This document shows, piece after piece, positions 50,735 to 62,993 of a DNA stretch of 64,000 bases. The stretch lies in NCBI GenBank assembly GCA_030390025.1, contig CM059432.1, forward strand, positions 72,232,001 to 72,296,000, in the 5' to 3' direction. How positions within the stretch are numbered: the stretch's first letter is position 1; each line of letters begins with the position of its first letter. The notes beneath the pieces were generated by a model that saw only the letters and a program-made list of their open reading frames with translations, did not search any database and was not told the origin of the DNA. The translations under genes and the position numbers were made by a program. The stretch comes from Squalus acanthias. Lineage: Eukaryota.

Positions 50735-51385
50735 TACAGCCTCGGCATCCTATTTAACCTGGCGCTGAGCTTCCGATCTCATATCCTCTCCATCACAAAG
50801 ACCATCTACTTCTGCCTCTTTAATACTGCCCGTCTCTGACTTATCTTCACTCCTCATCATTGCCTCGCCCTAACCTATCTGAAGCTTCCTCCAGCTATAC
50901 ATCCCCTGCCGCAGCCTATGATTGTCCAATTCTGGCCTTTTGTTCATCTCTCCCTCCATACACCCCATTGTTGGTGTTAGAGCCTTCAGTCATCTTGATG
51001 CTACTCTTTGATATTCTCTGCCTAAACATCTCCACACATCTCTCCACCAAAACTCTGCTGCCTATATGTTCACTCGCACCAATCGCGTTCACCCATTTCC
51101 ACCCCCCCCTCCAATAGTTGCTGACCTACACTGGCTCCTGGTCCGACAATGCCTCAATTTTAAAATCCGCATCCTTATTTTCAAATCCCTCCATGGCCTT
51201 GCCCTTCCCTATCTCTGAAACCTCCTCCAGCCCTACAAGCCTTCAAAATTTCTGCACTCCTCCAATTCTGGCATCTTGCGCATCCCCGATTTTAATCGCT
51301 CCACTATTGGCAACTGTGCTTTCAGCAGCCTAGGCCTTAAGCTCTGGAATTAGCCGCCCCACCCCCAAACTCGCCGCCTCTGTAC
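50735..51385 (+). mobile_element. L2 3' region, continuing at 56453-56630
   Basis: GCTGACCTACACTGGCTCC...CTCTGGAATT; the remainder CTCCTTTAAGATGCTCC...TATAAATGCAAG follows the right TIR of the inserted element. Confidence 0.85.
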
Positions 51386-52330
51386 CAATGTTCCCTCTAA
51401 GGTGCACGGCCGCGCAGCAATCTGTAAGATCCCGCACAGTCCAATTCCCAGGCCGCGCACTGGAGAGCTGAAGCGGGGGGAGGGAGGGGCCCAATGGCCA
51501 AAGCGCAAGCGGCTGCAGAGAGCGCGGGATACAGTGCAGCTGGGGGCAGGGGGAGTTTCATCTGATTGGCTGTCAGCTCTTTCGTCATGCCGACAGTGTG
51601 TGTGGATTGGAGGAGGTGAACAAACTCTGGACCATGGCCGGGTAGGAGTCGTTGTGTGTGGATTGGAGGTGGTGAGCAGGCTCTGGGCCTGTTGTGTGCT
51701 CTTAATTGCGGAGTCAGAGCAACTGGCTCTTTGTGCAAATGTAAGAAATGAAGACTGAAGGAAGCGAGGGAAAAGCCAGACAGTTTTTACTGAGACCTGC
51801 CAGTGAGAACACTGCTGCCCAGAGAGCAGCCGCTTCAGCACAAACTGCCGCAGTAAGTCTCGGGCTGCTCCTCCACCGCAAACCTAGCTCCCAATAGCAG
51901 ATTTTAAAGCTCCATCAATTCTCACCTGATTTAAATGTTGGAGGGTTTCAATGGAATTCTGATTTTTGCAGTGAGGTGAAAGGATTGTTTCTAAAATGCC
52001 ACATTCCCAATAAAAGTTTTTTTAAATAAATAAATACATTTTTTTAAACAGTCGGGCAGCGGGTTGGTAAAAATGCATTCAAATGTAATCGTGGTGGTGA
52101 TTTCTGTTGAATATCACAAAGCTGTTTCACTTCAGTCACAGTTTCAAACGTCATCAGTTCTTTGAAATGTTGCGAGCAGATTTTAACAGCGAATTTAATG
52201 GCGTGGGTGATTGACAGCCGCACCAGCCAATCGAGTGTGGGTCGGTCTTGAAGGGTAGCCAATGGGATTTGCAATGGGCGGTGCATAGTAAGGTGATTGA
52301 CAGGTCGGATCCGCTAGAAGTGTTTTGGAA

Positions 52331-52450
52331 ACAACAGAAAATGCTGGAAACACTCAGCAAGTCAGGCAGCATCTTGACCTGCTGAGTGTTTCCAGCAATT
52401 TTTTTGTTTGTTTCAGATTTCCAGCATCTGCAATATTTTGCTATTGTATT
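52331..52450. mobile_element. Tiny Penelope pLTR insertion with an inverted 5' part
   Basis: Both arms match 49790-49870; 12-bp TSD AGTGTTTTGGAA at 52319-52330 and 52451-52462. Confidence 0.85.
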
Positions 52451-52639
52451 AGTGTTTTGGAAGCTTTTGGTTCAGGGACCAAACTTAAAATGTAAATATT
52501 GCTAATTTTGTGGGGATACAATGTTGAGGCGGCCGACGCTCAGAGTGCGGGTTCAGAGGCGGATCCGCTGTCAAAATCAAAATGATTGACAGCGGGTTGG
52601 AAACCCGCTGCGAACCGCCTCCACGTAAGTTTCCAAAAT

Positions 52640-54255
52640 GTCGGGTCTACAATTTCAGAACAGACCCAATACCAAGCGGCGGGGGAGGCATTTAAGATAG
52701 TTAACTGCTTGTTAAACGCTTGTTAACTACTATTTTGCCAGCCTATTTCTATTTTCCCACTTTTTTAACGGGGTTCACGTCGTTCGGAGATCACGTCGTG
52801 TAAGTAGGTTGGGTTCTCTGTTTCCCCATTGCTGTGAATAGGTGACAGCTGCAAAAGCTACCATTTCACAGCTGGTCACTTTTTTCCAATGTCAGAAGCT
52901 TAAACCTTCAGGATTGGAAGACACTTTTGAGCTGTATGCAGTTTGGAAGTGTTTCGAGTAAACACTCTATCCACTGTCACCTCCCTGGAGCAAGCTCTCT
53001 CATCATTGACAGATCGCTTCTGTCATCTCAACTTCAGGTGCCATCTATTCCAGCAACATCGGCACCCTGGAAAAAATCTCACCTTCGTCCTCTGAATCCC
53101 TCCACGATCAGCCCCAACACCAACATCACCAGGCTCACCAACAACAACCCCAACCTTCTCCGCAATCATCTGATGCTGCAGAGGACACAGGGCATCAGCA
53201 CCCTACAACATTGCTGCCTGGGAGGCCAGGGATGGCCTCACCATGGCCAGATTTACTTCACTTAACACTGTACACCCTGGCTGCCACATGATGCGCCAGG
53301 TTGACACCACCTCACACCAGCACCATAAAGCATCCCTACAATATCCAAGCCATTCCTTTCACACACATCACAATTGGGGGGGGCGGGAAGTTATGTCTCA
53401 ACATTCACTGCATCTCACTAAGACGCTTCCAAAGGTGAGCACAGATCTGTCCAATAAGGTAAAGTCTTGTCAAACATTGAAATCTATATTTTCAACACAT
53501 TAACAGAAACTTCACATGAACATTGGCTAAATCACCCTGGTGCCTACCCTTGTGTGTTAGTTTGTATGCTTGCAGTAGGTTGAGGGTGAGTGTGAGGGAT
53601 GGGGAAGTGATAATGTAGATAGAGAGGGATGGGTGGAGGTGCAAGATAAGTTGGTGTGAGTAAGGATGTGCAGGAGTAGGGGAGGGAAGGCAGAGTGATG
53701 TGGATGCGATGAGTGGCACAGCAGGATGAGGTTGAGTGTGGCTTGGCAGTAATGTTTCGTGATGTGCTCAGATCATTGAAACGTTTGCACCACTGCAGCC
53801 TGGTCCTCCTGACGACATCCCTGCTTCTGCCCTCCTGTGCAATGTGCAACCAGGCTGCGTTGATCTCCTGGGGAGGTCTCTTCCACCCATGGGAAGGGAA
53901 GAGAACCTCCCTGCGTGCTGTGACTCTCTCCAAAAGCATATGGAGAGAGTAATGGGAGAGCCTGGGTGCAGCCGTGCACCTCTGTGCAGTGTTTGCAGCT
54001 CCTCCAGTGCTGTAGAATACTGACAGCAGAACTGTCAAGATCAATTTGGACATGGCCCCTTTAAGGAAACCGGCTGATGACGCGTCATCAAATGACGTCA
54101 TCAGACCCGCTTCCTGTTAATTGGCCGGGAACTTCACAGGGCGAGCTTAACAAGCCCAATCAACGAAAAATCGCTTGGAGTGCGGGCTGCAGTAGGCAGC
54201 GGGCTGGGACTGCCAACACTGCCCCGGACCTGCCTCGGTCGGCAAAATCGCAGCA
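52640..54255. mobile_element. Internally deleted Harbinger relative of the 61149-64000 element
   Basis: 53030-53210 matches 61600-61770; minus-strand Myb/SANT remnant HMLLERVTARREVLFPSHGWKRPP...WCKRFNDL at about 53760-53990; transposase core deleted. Confidence 0.8.
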
Positions 54256-54334
54256 CATATTTGCAGAGATGTCAATGAATTCTGCCCTATAGTGTCATTT
54301 TTGAAATAAAGTGCTGTGAATGTGAAACTTCTGC

Positions 54335-54487
54335 TCGCTCACTCTCTCTCTCTTTCCCCACCCCCCCACTTGCCCGCCCTCTCCCCCTCGCCCGCCCTCT
54401 CCCGCTCGCCCGCGCTCTCTCCCCCCCTCGCCCGCACGCGCTCTCCTCCCCCCCCCCCCCCCCCCCCCGCCCGTGCTCTCTCTCCTC
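54335..54487. repeat. C-rich low-complexity tract, G-quadruplex potential on the minus strand
   Basis: CTCGCCCG-like units and a run of about 21 C. Confidence 0.8.
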
Positions 54488-55007
54488 GTAAGTCTCTGGC
54501 TGCCTCTCCAAAAAAAGGTAATTTTTTTTGCAGTTTTCTATAATAGCTGCGCTGGGACATCGCCGCCGTAAGATCAAATCCATTCAGTGCACTAGTTAAT
54601 TTAGTGTTAAACCGCCTGTTGCTACAAGCAATTCAACAGTGTAAAATATCTGAATCGACAGCTTTGATAACAAGAGAAGCATTGTGTAGTCCACAAATCA
54701 TTTTATGAATGTGCAACTTATAATTGTTTTCTATTAGTGGTGTAAAATCAATTTTAATCCTGCAATGCTTTGTGTGGCTTGTTTAAAGTATTTGCCACGA
54801 CCGTGGTGTTCCCTATGAGTTTTAGAAACTGCTCTTAAGTATAACGTTAACTGACGAGCACGGATTGCACCATTGAACACTCGCAGGTAGCACGGGAGAG
54901 TTTGTGAACTCTTTGGACCTCACTGATCTCGAAGTTAATCCTGCTCAAAATTGCTGAGTCGTGCAGCAACGTCCCCTGTAACTGCGAGTAAGTTCTATCG
55001 GCTTAAT

Positions 55008-55640
55008 GGCCCAGAAATTCGGGTCGGAGGCTTCCCGCGGGTGCAAGCATAGCGGATGCACTTACATAGCGCGCCTGCCGTTGTGCTGTGGGCCACCGTG
55101 GGATTCCGATCCTGGGCCTCCTCCAGCTGCTGGTGTGCAGTGCTTGCGTATCCCAGCAGCGTAACTAGTTTGCACCGTCCCCTGGGATCACGTGGTCCCT
55201 GGGGAGCCAATCGGAGCAGGGAATCTCCATTCATAGATTTGACAGGAAGACCTGTCAAATCTATGAATAGAGATCGGCCCCAAAACCTAAGTAAAACTTC
55301 AAATAATTTTTTTTTTAAAAACATCACATTTTTAAAATAACTATAAATTACATAAATTACTATTTTAAACAAAAATTTAAATTTTTGAAAAAATTTATTA
55401 AAGTTTTTAACGGGGCTAAAAATAAACTTACCTTTCTTTAAAGTATTTAAAAATGATAAACCTGTGGAAAAAATGTTTCAAATTTACTTAATTCACCTCT
55501 TACCTTGTTAAAAGCAGGCCTTGCACCTGCTTTTTCCACGCGCAGCTGCTAGGGACTTACCTGCACAGAGAAACCTGTATTTAAAAAAAAAAGCGGAAGT
55601 TCGATGCGTACGTGCTGCCTCTCCCGCCTATCTTTGTATC
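55008..55640. mobile_element. Non-autonomous DNA transposon with a Harbinger-like end
   Basis: AAT|GGCCCAGAAATT left end; homologous to 47832-48440. Confidence 0.6.
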
Positions 55641-55654
55641 ATCAGCAAATTTGG

Positions 55655-56150
55655 CTACATTACAACTCAGTCCCTTCATCCAAGTCATTAATATAGATTG
55701 TAAATAGTTGAGGCCCCAGCACCGATCCCTGCGGCACCCCACTAGTTACAGTTTGCCAACCTGAAAATGATCCATTTCTAGATTCTAGATGTTCTTCTAT
55801 TTTCTCCTTTAGTAGGGATTCCATTATTTTTCCTACCACTGATGTTAAGCTGACTGGTCTATAATTCCCTGGACATGTTCTTAAATATAGGTAACCAGAG
55901 TAATCATGAGGAAAAACTTTTTTACACAACGAGTGGTTAGAATTTGGAATGCACTACCTGATAGGGTGGTGGATACAGATTCAATAGTAGCCTGCAAAAG
56001 GGAATTAGATAAATACTTGAAGGAGAAAAAATTGCAGGGAAATGGGGGAAAAAGCAGAGCAGTGGGACTAACTAGATTGCTCTTCCAGGGAGAGCAGGCG
56101 CAGTCTTGATGGGCCGAATGGCCTCCTCCTGTGCTGTACTATTCTACGAT
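55655..56150. mobile_element. CR1 fragments (minus 55655-55880, plus 55905-56150)
   Basis: [15 protein letters not shown]...[10 protein letters not shown] on the minus strand; [14 protein letters not shown] plus tail on the plus strand. Confidence 0.85.
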
Positions 56151-56452
56151 ATTCAATACATTGCTTTATGGTGCAGTTCAGAGAGAATTGAGCCAAAAAC
56201 TCAACTGGCAGTTGTATCAAGGCAGAGTGGCAGCATGCAGCAATGTCTGTGAATGTCTTTGAATCCTTCCCTAGCAGTCACAAGCTTGCTCAGGGTGTGC
56301 ACGATTGCTAGGACACGGTTTAAACAATCCCAGACTCGATCCCTTGGCTGTCCATTTGGCTCAGGTGAATTAAAGTTGTTGTTGTAAACTTTGCCCATGG
56401 ACAAAAAAGTTCGTGGTTCACTCAGTACAAATAAAAATTAGAGGGAACATTG

Positions 56453-56630
56453 TTCTCGCCTCCTTTAAGATGCTCCTTGAAACCTACCTCTTTGACCAAG
56501 CTTTTGGTCATCTGTCCTGCTGTCTCCTTCTCTGGGTCGCTGTCAACATTTTTTATTGATAACGCTCTTGTTAAGCACCTTGGGACATTTTTCTACGTTA
56601 AAGGCGCTCTATAAATGCAAGTTTTTTTTT
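56453..56630 (+). mobile_element. L2 3' tail, distal half of the split L2
   Basis: AAACCTACCTCTTTGACCAAGCTTTTGG...GGCGCTCTATAAATGCAAG. Confidence 0.85.
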
Positions 56631-58590
56631 AAATCTGCTCAAAATCGATTCTTTTAACCAAGCTTTCAGTCAGTTCTGCTAAATCTCTCACCATGGCTCG
56701 CTGTCTGCTCCTTTATTCCTTTTTATCTATTTTTCTTCTCTCTTCCCCACCTCCCACCCCATTTAAAGCACCTTAGGAAGTTTTCTACATTAAAGGCACT
56801 GTATAACTTCAAGGTATTTTTTCTGTCCATACACTGGCACACACACGTCTGTCTCTGATGGTTGTTACGATGGGAAACGTCTGAGGGGATAACTTCACAA
56901 TAACACACACGATGTGTGTCTCACAACATCAAAGCATATTGATTTTAACAGAGTTTTCCTTACAGCCTCTTCATAAACTGGGGGGAAATTGTACACTTTT
57001 CCACAGAGACATGACAGTATTACAGACAGCTGCACCATCTCCAGTTCATCCTTTCTCAGCACACTCGAGGCCCTTGTGTTGCAATGCAGCTGTATTTTAA
57101 TTGGGACTTTTCATGTCCTTTTCCAAACTTTTTGTTTTTATTTATATAGAGGAGAATGAATCGCAATGGAATTAGTAATGAAAGTAACAATAAAAAAATC
57201 AAGGTTGTAAACCGAGGAGAGAAACACAACAGATTGGAGTCTGTTTGAAAAATGCATGTGCAGATGCTAAAGGTAAACCATCCGCATATAGCAAGGAACC
57301 TAAAGAGGCCAAAGTGCCTTCCATAGTTAAACTCGAGTTGTGAACCAGTGTACTGTGAAAAAGATGAAAATTGTGCCAATAATGGGGACATGCAAAGATG
57401 ATTTGATACTTTCTTCAGCCAGGAGCAAAGGTATATGTCTCCCTCCCAATCCAAATGTCCCCAAGAGGGTTTGGGAAGTCTGACTTGCCTTGGGAGGATC
57501 TTGTATGTGCCTGCTCGCTCCCATATTCTAAGAAAGAAATCCAAGTTTGAAAGAATTTGAAGAAGCAGGGAGTATATAAATATTTCAGACTGGCCTACTG
57601 TGAACCCAGGTGGTACTGTCACTCAGAGCCACATGGTCAGGGCACATTGCTGAGCGCACATATATCAAATTTTCAACATGCCCACGATTTTACTGTGAAC
57701 CTAGTGATAACACAGGTGTATCTGTGTATCAAAACCAGTTGCTATCTAAGTAGTAGGGAAGTAGGAAAAGATTACAGCAAGTAGGACCGTGGTTTTCCTT
57801 TATTTTGCAAGATGTACCAGAACAACCATTTCAGTGGAAGCGTCTGGATCGGAGGTGCCAAGAAATTATAATATGAATGCAGGGTAAGGTTAAGCTAATT
57901 GTTGCAGTAATATTTGACAGTTCTTTATCATTGGCTTGATTGCATCTCTTCTGGGCAGGTATTAACATTGTTCCAGCTTTCTTGTGCTGTTGTTTGTAAA
58001 CCGGTATAATTTAATAGTCCTTGTTAAGTCTTTTATTAATATTAATTAAAACCATCATAAGTTGACAAATGTTTCTGCATCATTTGTTTCTTTCTTTAAA
58101 TGCAAGTGAAATACCAGCTCAGTGACTTCATGACCTGAATATATTTACTTTACTTTATATACTTGTAATGCAAAAGCCATATTACTTCATTGGTTAAAAC
58201 TTTAAAACCAAGCCTCATAATTAATGTAACTTCAACTTACCACATAACAATTGCTTTTCTTTGTAACCTGTTTGAAATTCAGTCTGCACATGCAGCAGGA
58301 TATTGCCTGCCATCCACCAGGAACACCTCCCTTTAAATAGCTCCATCTTTAGATATGCTAAGCTAGTAAACTAGCAAAAGCTGATCAATAGCTTCAGCAA
58401 AAAAAGCTGACAGACCCTAAAAAGCTGACAGCCCAAGAACTGCCCTGACATTTAAAAACTAAGTAATTGCCTGGGCTTTGTAAATTAAGCTGTAGGAAAA
58501 CACACCAGCCCAGAAATTCCAGGAAGGCCTTTTGGGAGTGGATCATTGGCAAATGGAAGTTTCCTCCGCCCATAGCAGCACTCTGACCCC

Positions 58591-58640
58591 AATCCCAGGA
58601 TCGGGGGCATTTACTAATCCCAGGATCGGGGGCATTTACC
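58591..58640. repeat. 25-bp tandem duplication
   Basis: AATCCCAGGATCGGGGGCATTTAC(T/C), two copies. Confidence 0.95.
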
Positions 58641-60399
58641 TTTCGGGTGCAATGGTCTACATCATTTACGGTGGTGGTGGGCAAGGGAGGGATTGTTCCT
58701 TGTCACAACTTAATTGGATCCACAGTTCTGGCCCAACATATTAATTCTAAGTGCTGCCGCTTTCCCATTAGACCAAATTCTAATTGAACGCTTTGCAATG
58801 GATTGTTGTCAGGCAAACAGCGTTTAAAATTTTAATTCCTCTCCCACCAAGACCCTTAGCAATGCTGACAACCAGGGATGCATATGTGTTCCTTGTGACC
58901 AGCTTTACTAGGGTGCGAATGGTGGGAAATGGGTAATATGACATAATAAGCCTATCTAAATGCTTCTGCCTCCACTTCTTTCGGAATCGTTGATGGGTGG
59001 CAATAGGGCTATAGACACAGCATAACTGGCTCCGTCCCCTAAATTCTACCCAGATATTGGCACTTCCCTTGGTCCCCAAAATTACAATTCCAGTGTTCCT
59101 TCACTTGCATCGGGAAGAAAAGTCCATAAGTACGTGAAAGGCTGGAGTAAATCCAAATGTTGAAGACACAGAATTGGTGGTGTCTTTCTGGGAGGCGGTT
59201 CAGTTCGTGCTCCCCTCCAAAATTTTAAATTTTTACATTAAAATTAAGCAGAGGAGTCCTAATGCTCTTGGAACACACATCCCAGCAAGATTCAGTTTTT
59301 TTTCAGGTGGGAGGGAAGAAAATAAAAAATCAAACAGTAAAAAGCACATTTAAGTATTAGACTAGTGTATTTGCCAAAGAAAAAGGGGAGAAAATCCCTT
59401 GAAAAGAGGGCGTCTCTCCATTGTGGGGGAAGGGGAGGAAATTACACATGTAAAATCCAGCTGCTTTTGGGGGATGGGGCTTTAAATCAAATCTTCCACC
59501 CATCCTGTTTATTTTTTTAACCGCAAACTGCACAAACGGCTCAAATTTAATCAAAATGAAAAGGTTCTCTGTAACTGATTCAGACACCAAGCCAACACAG
59601 GAGGACCTATGTGTTCCCTCACCTTGATTGCACAACTATTCTGATTTGCACCAATGTAAAACCGTGGAATTCCATACCTGCGCACAAATTGTCACTGTCT
59701 GCAGATGCACAGAACTTGGCAGATTCACGCTTGCAATAACATTTAATGGCATTCTGTGGCAAAAGTTGCAAAACATTGATTTTAGAGTGCGGAAGGGCAG
59801 AAGAAATGCTGACCGTCAGCGTGAAGCACTAATGATTAACATACAAGCCTCATTTTGAGGACAGCTGAACCACATCCGCCTCCCCCACCCCACCCCCCAA
59901 CCTTTCCTCTTACATTCTCACTTTAAGAATTGCCCTTTTTTTTCCGTATTAGCAGCAGGAGTTTTATACTGTTGTCTGCATCAAGCATGTTTGCTTTTTC
60001 TTCAGTGTTTGATTCTAATTCCTAAGCAGTTCTTTACTACTTTAATAGTGATTATTGTCTGTGAGTAAGTACTAAATTTTTGTCTTTTTTTCCCCTGGCA
60101 ACAATTTTATTCCGGTATAAATCAGTAACTTTTCATATTGCAGCCTACTGCTCTGTGAAGATCCAGTTCTAAATAAAACAAATATAGCTTATACAGGTAT
60201 CATTTATTTGACTCTGATGGTCCTGATTCTTACCCTGCCTCAGCCATCATAGATCTTTCTGTTTTAAACCAAAAAAATGAACATATTTAACACAAGGGTG
60301 GCTGTTTAGTATCCAGAGTGTTATTTTAGCTGTGATAATGTTGAAGCTCAATTCTTGAAATAGAGTCAAGCATAGGAAGAGATCAATTGCAACGCTGTT

Positions 60400-61148
60400 C
60401 CTTAAAGATACACTAGCAAACAAGTTTTTGGCCCATCATGCTTGTGCCATTCTTTGCTAGAGCTGTCCAAAACTAATCCTATTGTCCCATTCTCTTTCAT
60501 AGCCCCATAACTTTCTCTGCATGAAATATATATATGTAATTTTCTCTTAAAATATGCAATGCTCTCTGCCTCAACCACACCCTTTGGCAATGCATTTCAT
60601 ATTCCAACAACCCTCTTTGTAAAGAAATTCATCCTCACTGCTTTTTTGCTCGCTGACCTACATTGGCTCCCGGTCTAGCAATGCTTTGATTTTAAAATTC
60701 TGACTTGTTTTCAGATCCCTTCATGGCCTCCCTATCTATATAACCTCCTCCAGCCCTACAACCCTCGGAGATCTCTGCTTCTCCAATTCTGGCCTCTTGC
60801 GCATCCCCGATTTTAACCGCTCCTCCATTGGCGGCCGTGCTTTCAGTTGCCTAGGCCCTAAACTCTAGAATTCCCTCCCTAAACCTCTCTGCCTCTCTAA
60901 CACTCTCTCCTTTTAAGACGCTCTTTGACCAAGCTTTTGATCACCTGTCCTAATAGCTCCTTGTATGGCTCGTGTCAAATTTTGTTTGATAACGTTCCTG
61001 TGAAGCATCTTAGGAAGTTTTACTACGTTAAAAACGTGATATAAATGCAAGTAGTTGTTGCTAAAAAATTTAAGTTTAATGACCTCTCATCACTGACTCC
61101 CCAACCAAAGGAAATAGTCTTTCACTATTCACTTTATCAAAACTCTTT
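60400..61148 (-). mobile_element. CR1 3' fragment (60400-60640, 61075-61148) interrupted by an L2 and the Harbinger
   Basis: PKGVVEAESIAYFKRKL and FDKVNSERLFPLVGES on the minus strand. Confidence 0.75.
60645..61062 (+). mobile_element. L2 3' fragment
   Basis: GCTCGCTGACCTACATTGGCTCC...ATATAAATGCAAGTAGTTGTTG. Confidence 0.9.
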
Positions 61149-61626
61149 GGCCAGAATTTTCTGGCGTCCATGCGAGCGTGATTGGAGACGGGTCGGGAGG
61201 GAAATTTGAAATACCTTGGAGTGGGTCGGGAACCCGCCGTCATCCTGCCCCCACACACCTTTCCCTCGGGCGCGTTTGCCAGCATGGCAGCCACCCGAAC
61301 AGCAGAGGTGGCCGAGGTAATTTAGATGATTGTCACGTACTTGTTTGATCCATAAACCCCTATTTAACCCTACCTTTCAAATTTCCCTGGATGACCATGG
61401 GAATCACACAACTCGGGAACCACGTCTGTTAACCTGAGGTGGAAGTTCAGTGGCCATTGATGCACCTCATTAGTGCACAGCATGAAAAGTACAATAAAAA
61501 CTCCCACATGATACCTGGTCACTTTCCCAAGACAGATGCTGTTGCTGAGTTTATTGTCGGCACAGATTTAGCTTTCTAGAGGTTGCTTCTGTCATCTCTA
61601 CTGGACCTGCCATCTATTACATAAGT

Positions 61627-62799
61627 ATGGGTGCCGTTTATACTGTCTCACCTTGGTCCTCAGAATCGGACCAATTTGAGCCCCAACACCAGCAGCACCA
61701 AGATACCAACCTTCTCCTCAACCACCTGATGCTGCACAGTACAGAGGGCATCAGCGCAGGGCTGCACCGTGCCAGAGGCGATACCCCCAACACCGGGTAT
61801 ACAGGCAGAGGGTGTGCTTCCTCACCATGACTGAGCAGCAGTGCCAAAGGAGGCTCAGGCTATCGCAGATATTTGCCGATTGCTGGAGCAAGATGTGCAA
61901 CCCAGAGGAGCAGGTGGACACGCCTTGCCAGTGGCTGTCAAAGTCACCAGCGCCCTCAACTTCTTCGCCTCAGGCTCCTTCCAGGGATCTGCAGCAGACA
62001 TTTGCGGCATCTCGCAGTCGGCCGCACACAGATGCATCACACAGGTCACCGATGCCTTCTTTGATAAGTCAGCCAATTATATCAACTTTGCCACTGATAA
62101 GGCCAGTGTTACTGAGCGGGCGCTGGCCTTTGCCGCTCTGGCTGGCTTCCCACGGGTGCAGGGCGTCATCGACTGCACACATGTGGCCATCGGGGCACCC
62201 CATCATCTCCCAGGAATCTTTGTCAACCGCAAGGGCTTCCACTCCCTCAGTGTACAGCTCGTCTGCAACCATAGTAAAATCATCATGCATGTGTGTGCTA
62301 AATTCCCTGGCAGCTGCCATGACTCTTTCGTCATGCTCCAGTCCACCCTCCCTCAGCTCTTCGCTCCTCCAAGCAGACTTTCCGGCTGGCTGCTTGGAGG
62401 CGAGGGCTAGCCACTGAAGATGTGGCTCATGACACCTTGAGGAGGCTAAGTACTGAGGCCAAGGACAGATATAATAGCCACATTTCCACCAGATGTGTCA
62501 TAGAGCAGACAATAGGCATGCTGAAAATGTGCTTCAGATGCCTCGACAGATCTGGAGGAGCCCTTCAGTATGCACCAGCCAGGGTCTCCAGAATTGCCGT
62601 GGTCTGCTGCGCCCTGCACAATATAGCACAGCAGCGAGGATTAGCACTGCATGAGGAGCAAGGCTCTGAGCAGACGGCCTCTTCAGAGGAGGAGGAGCAT
62701 CTGCTGGAGGAGGAGCAGGAGCTGGAGAAACCGGTGGGCCAGATCCCACCAGCACCCGAGCACATTGCTGCCCAGGAGGCCAGGAATGGCCAGATTTAA
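61627..62799 (+). pseudogene. Harbinger DDE transposase (HARBI1-like family), disrupted
   Basis: [67 protein letters not shown] (expected GDxGYP), RCVIEQTIGMLK, CCALHN; one in-frame stop and at least two frameshifts. Confidence 0.92.
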
Positions 62800-62829
62800 T
62801 TAACTTCAGGCATTACACCTTCCTGCCCC

Positions 62830-62993
62830 TGCTTACAAATTTCTCTTCCCTAACCTTTTCCGATTCTGACGATGGGTTTGACCTGAAACGTTGACATTGT
62901 TTCTCTCTCCTCGATGTTGCCTGATCTGCTGAGTGTTTCCAGCATTTTCTGTTGTTATTTCAGATTTCCAGCATCCGCAGTATTTTGCTATTG
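62830..62993 (+). mobile_element. Penelope pLTR inserted in the Harbinger
   Basis: Reverse complement of 49790-49930 (GAGTGTTTCCAGCATTTTCTG...CAGATTTCCAGCATCCGCAGTATTTTGC). Confidence 0.85.

Larger units (their letters stand above)
51386..56452. mobile_element. 5.07-kb TIR element, probably hAT superfamily, carrying nested insertions
   Basis: Perfect 15-bp TIRs CAATGTTCCCTCTAA (51386-51400) / TTAGAGGGAACATTG (56438-56452); it interrupts an L2; no clean 8-bp TSD and no transposase seen. Confidence 0.75.

Noticed and set aside
52138..52160. Hammerhead-like CTGATGA...GAAAC on the minus strand
   Set aside because: No stem II or stem I can form; same for CTGACGAGAAAGAAAC near 45386.
51378..56460. 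8-bp hAT TSD
   Set aside because: The flanks CTCTGTAC and TTCTCGCC differ at half their positions; not supported.
61812..62417. 201-aa ORF as a separate gene
   Set aside because: Only its first ~19 codons are the transposase frame; the rest is out-of-frame read-through after a frameshift.
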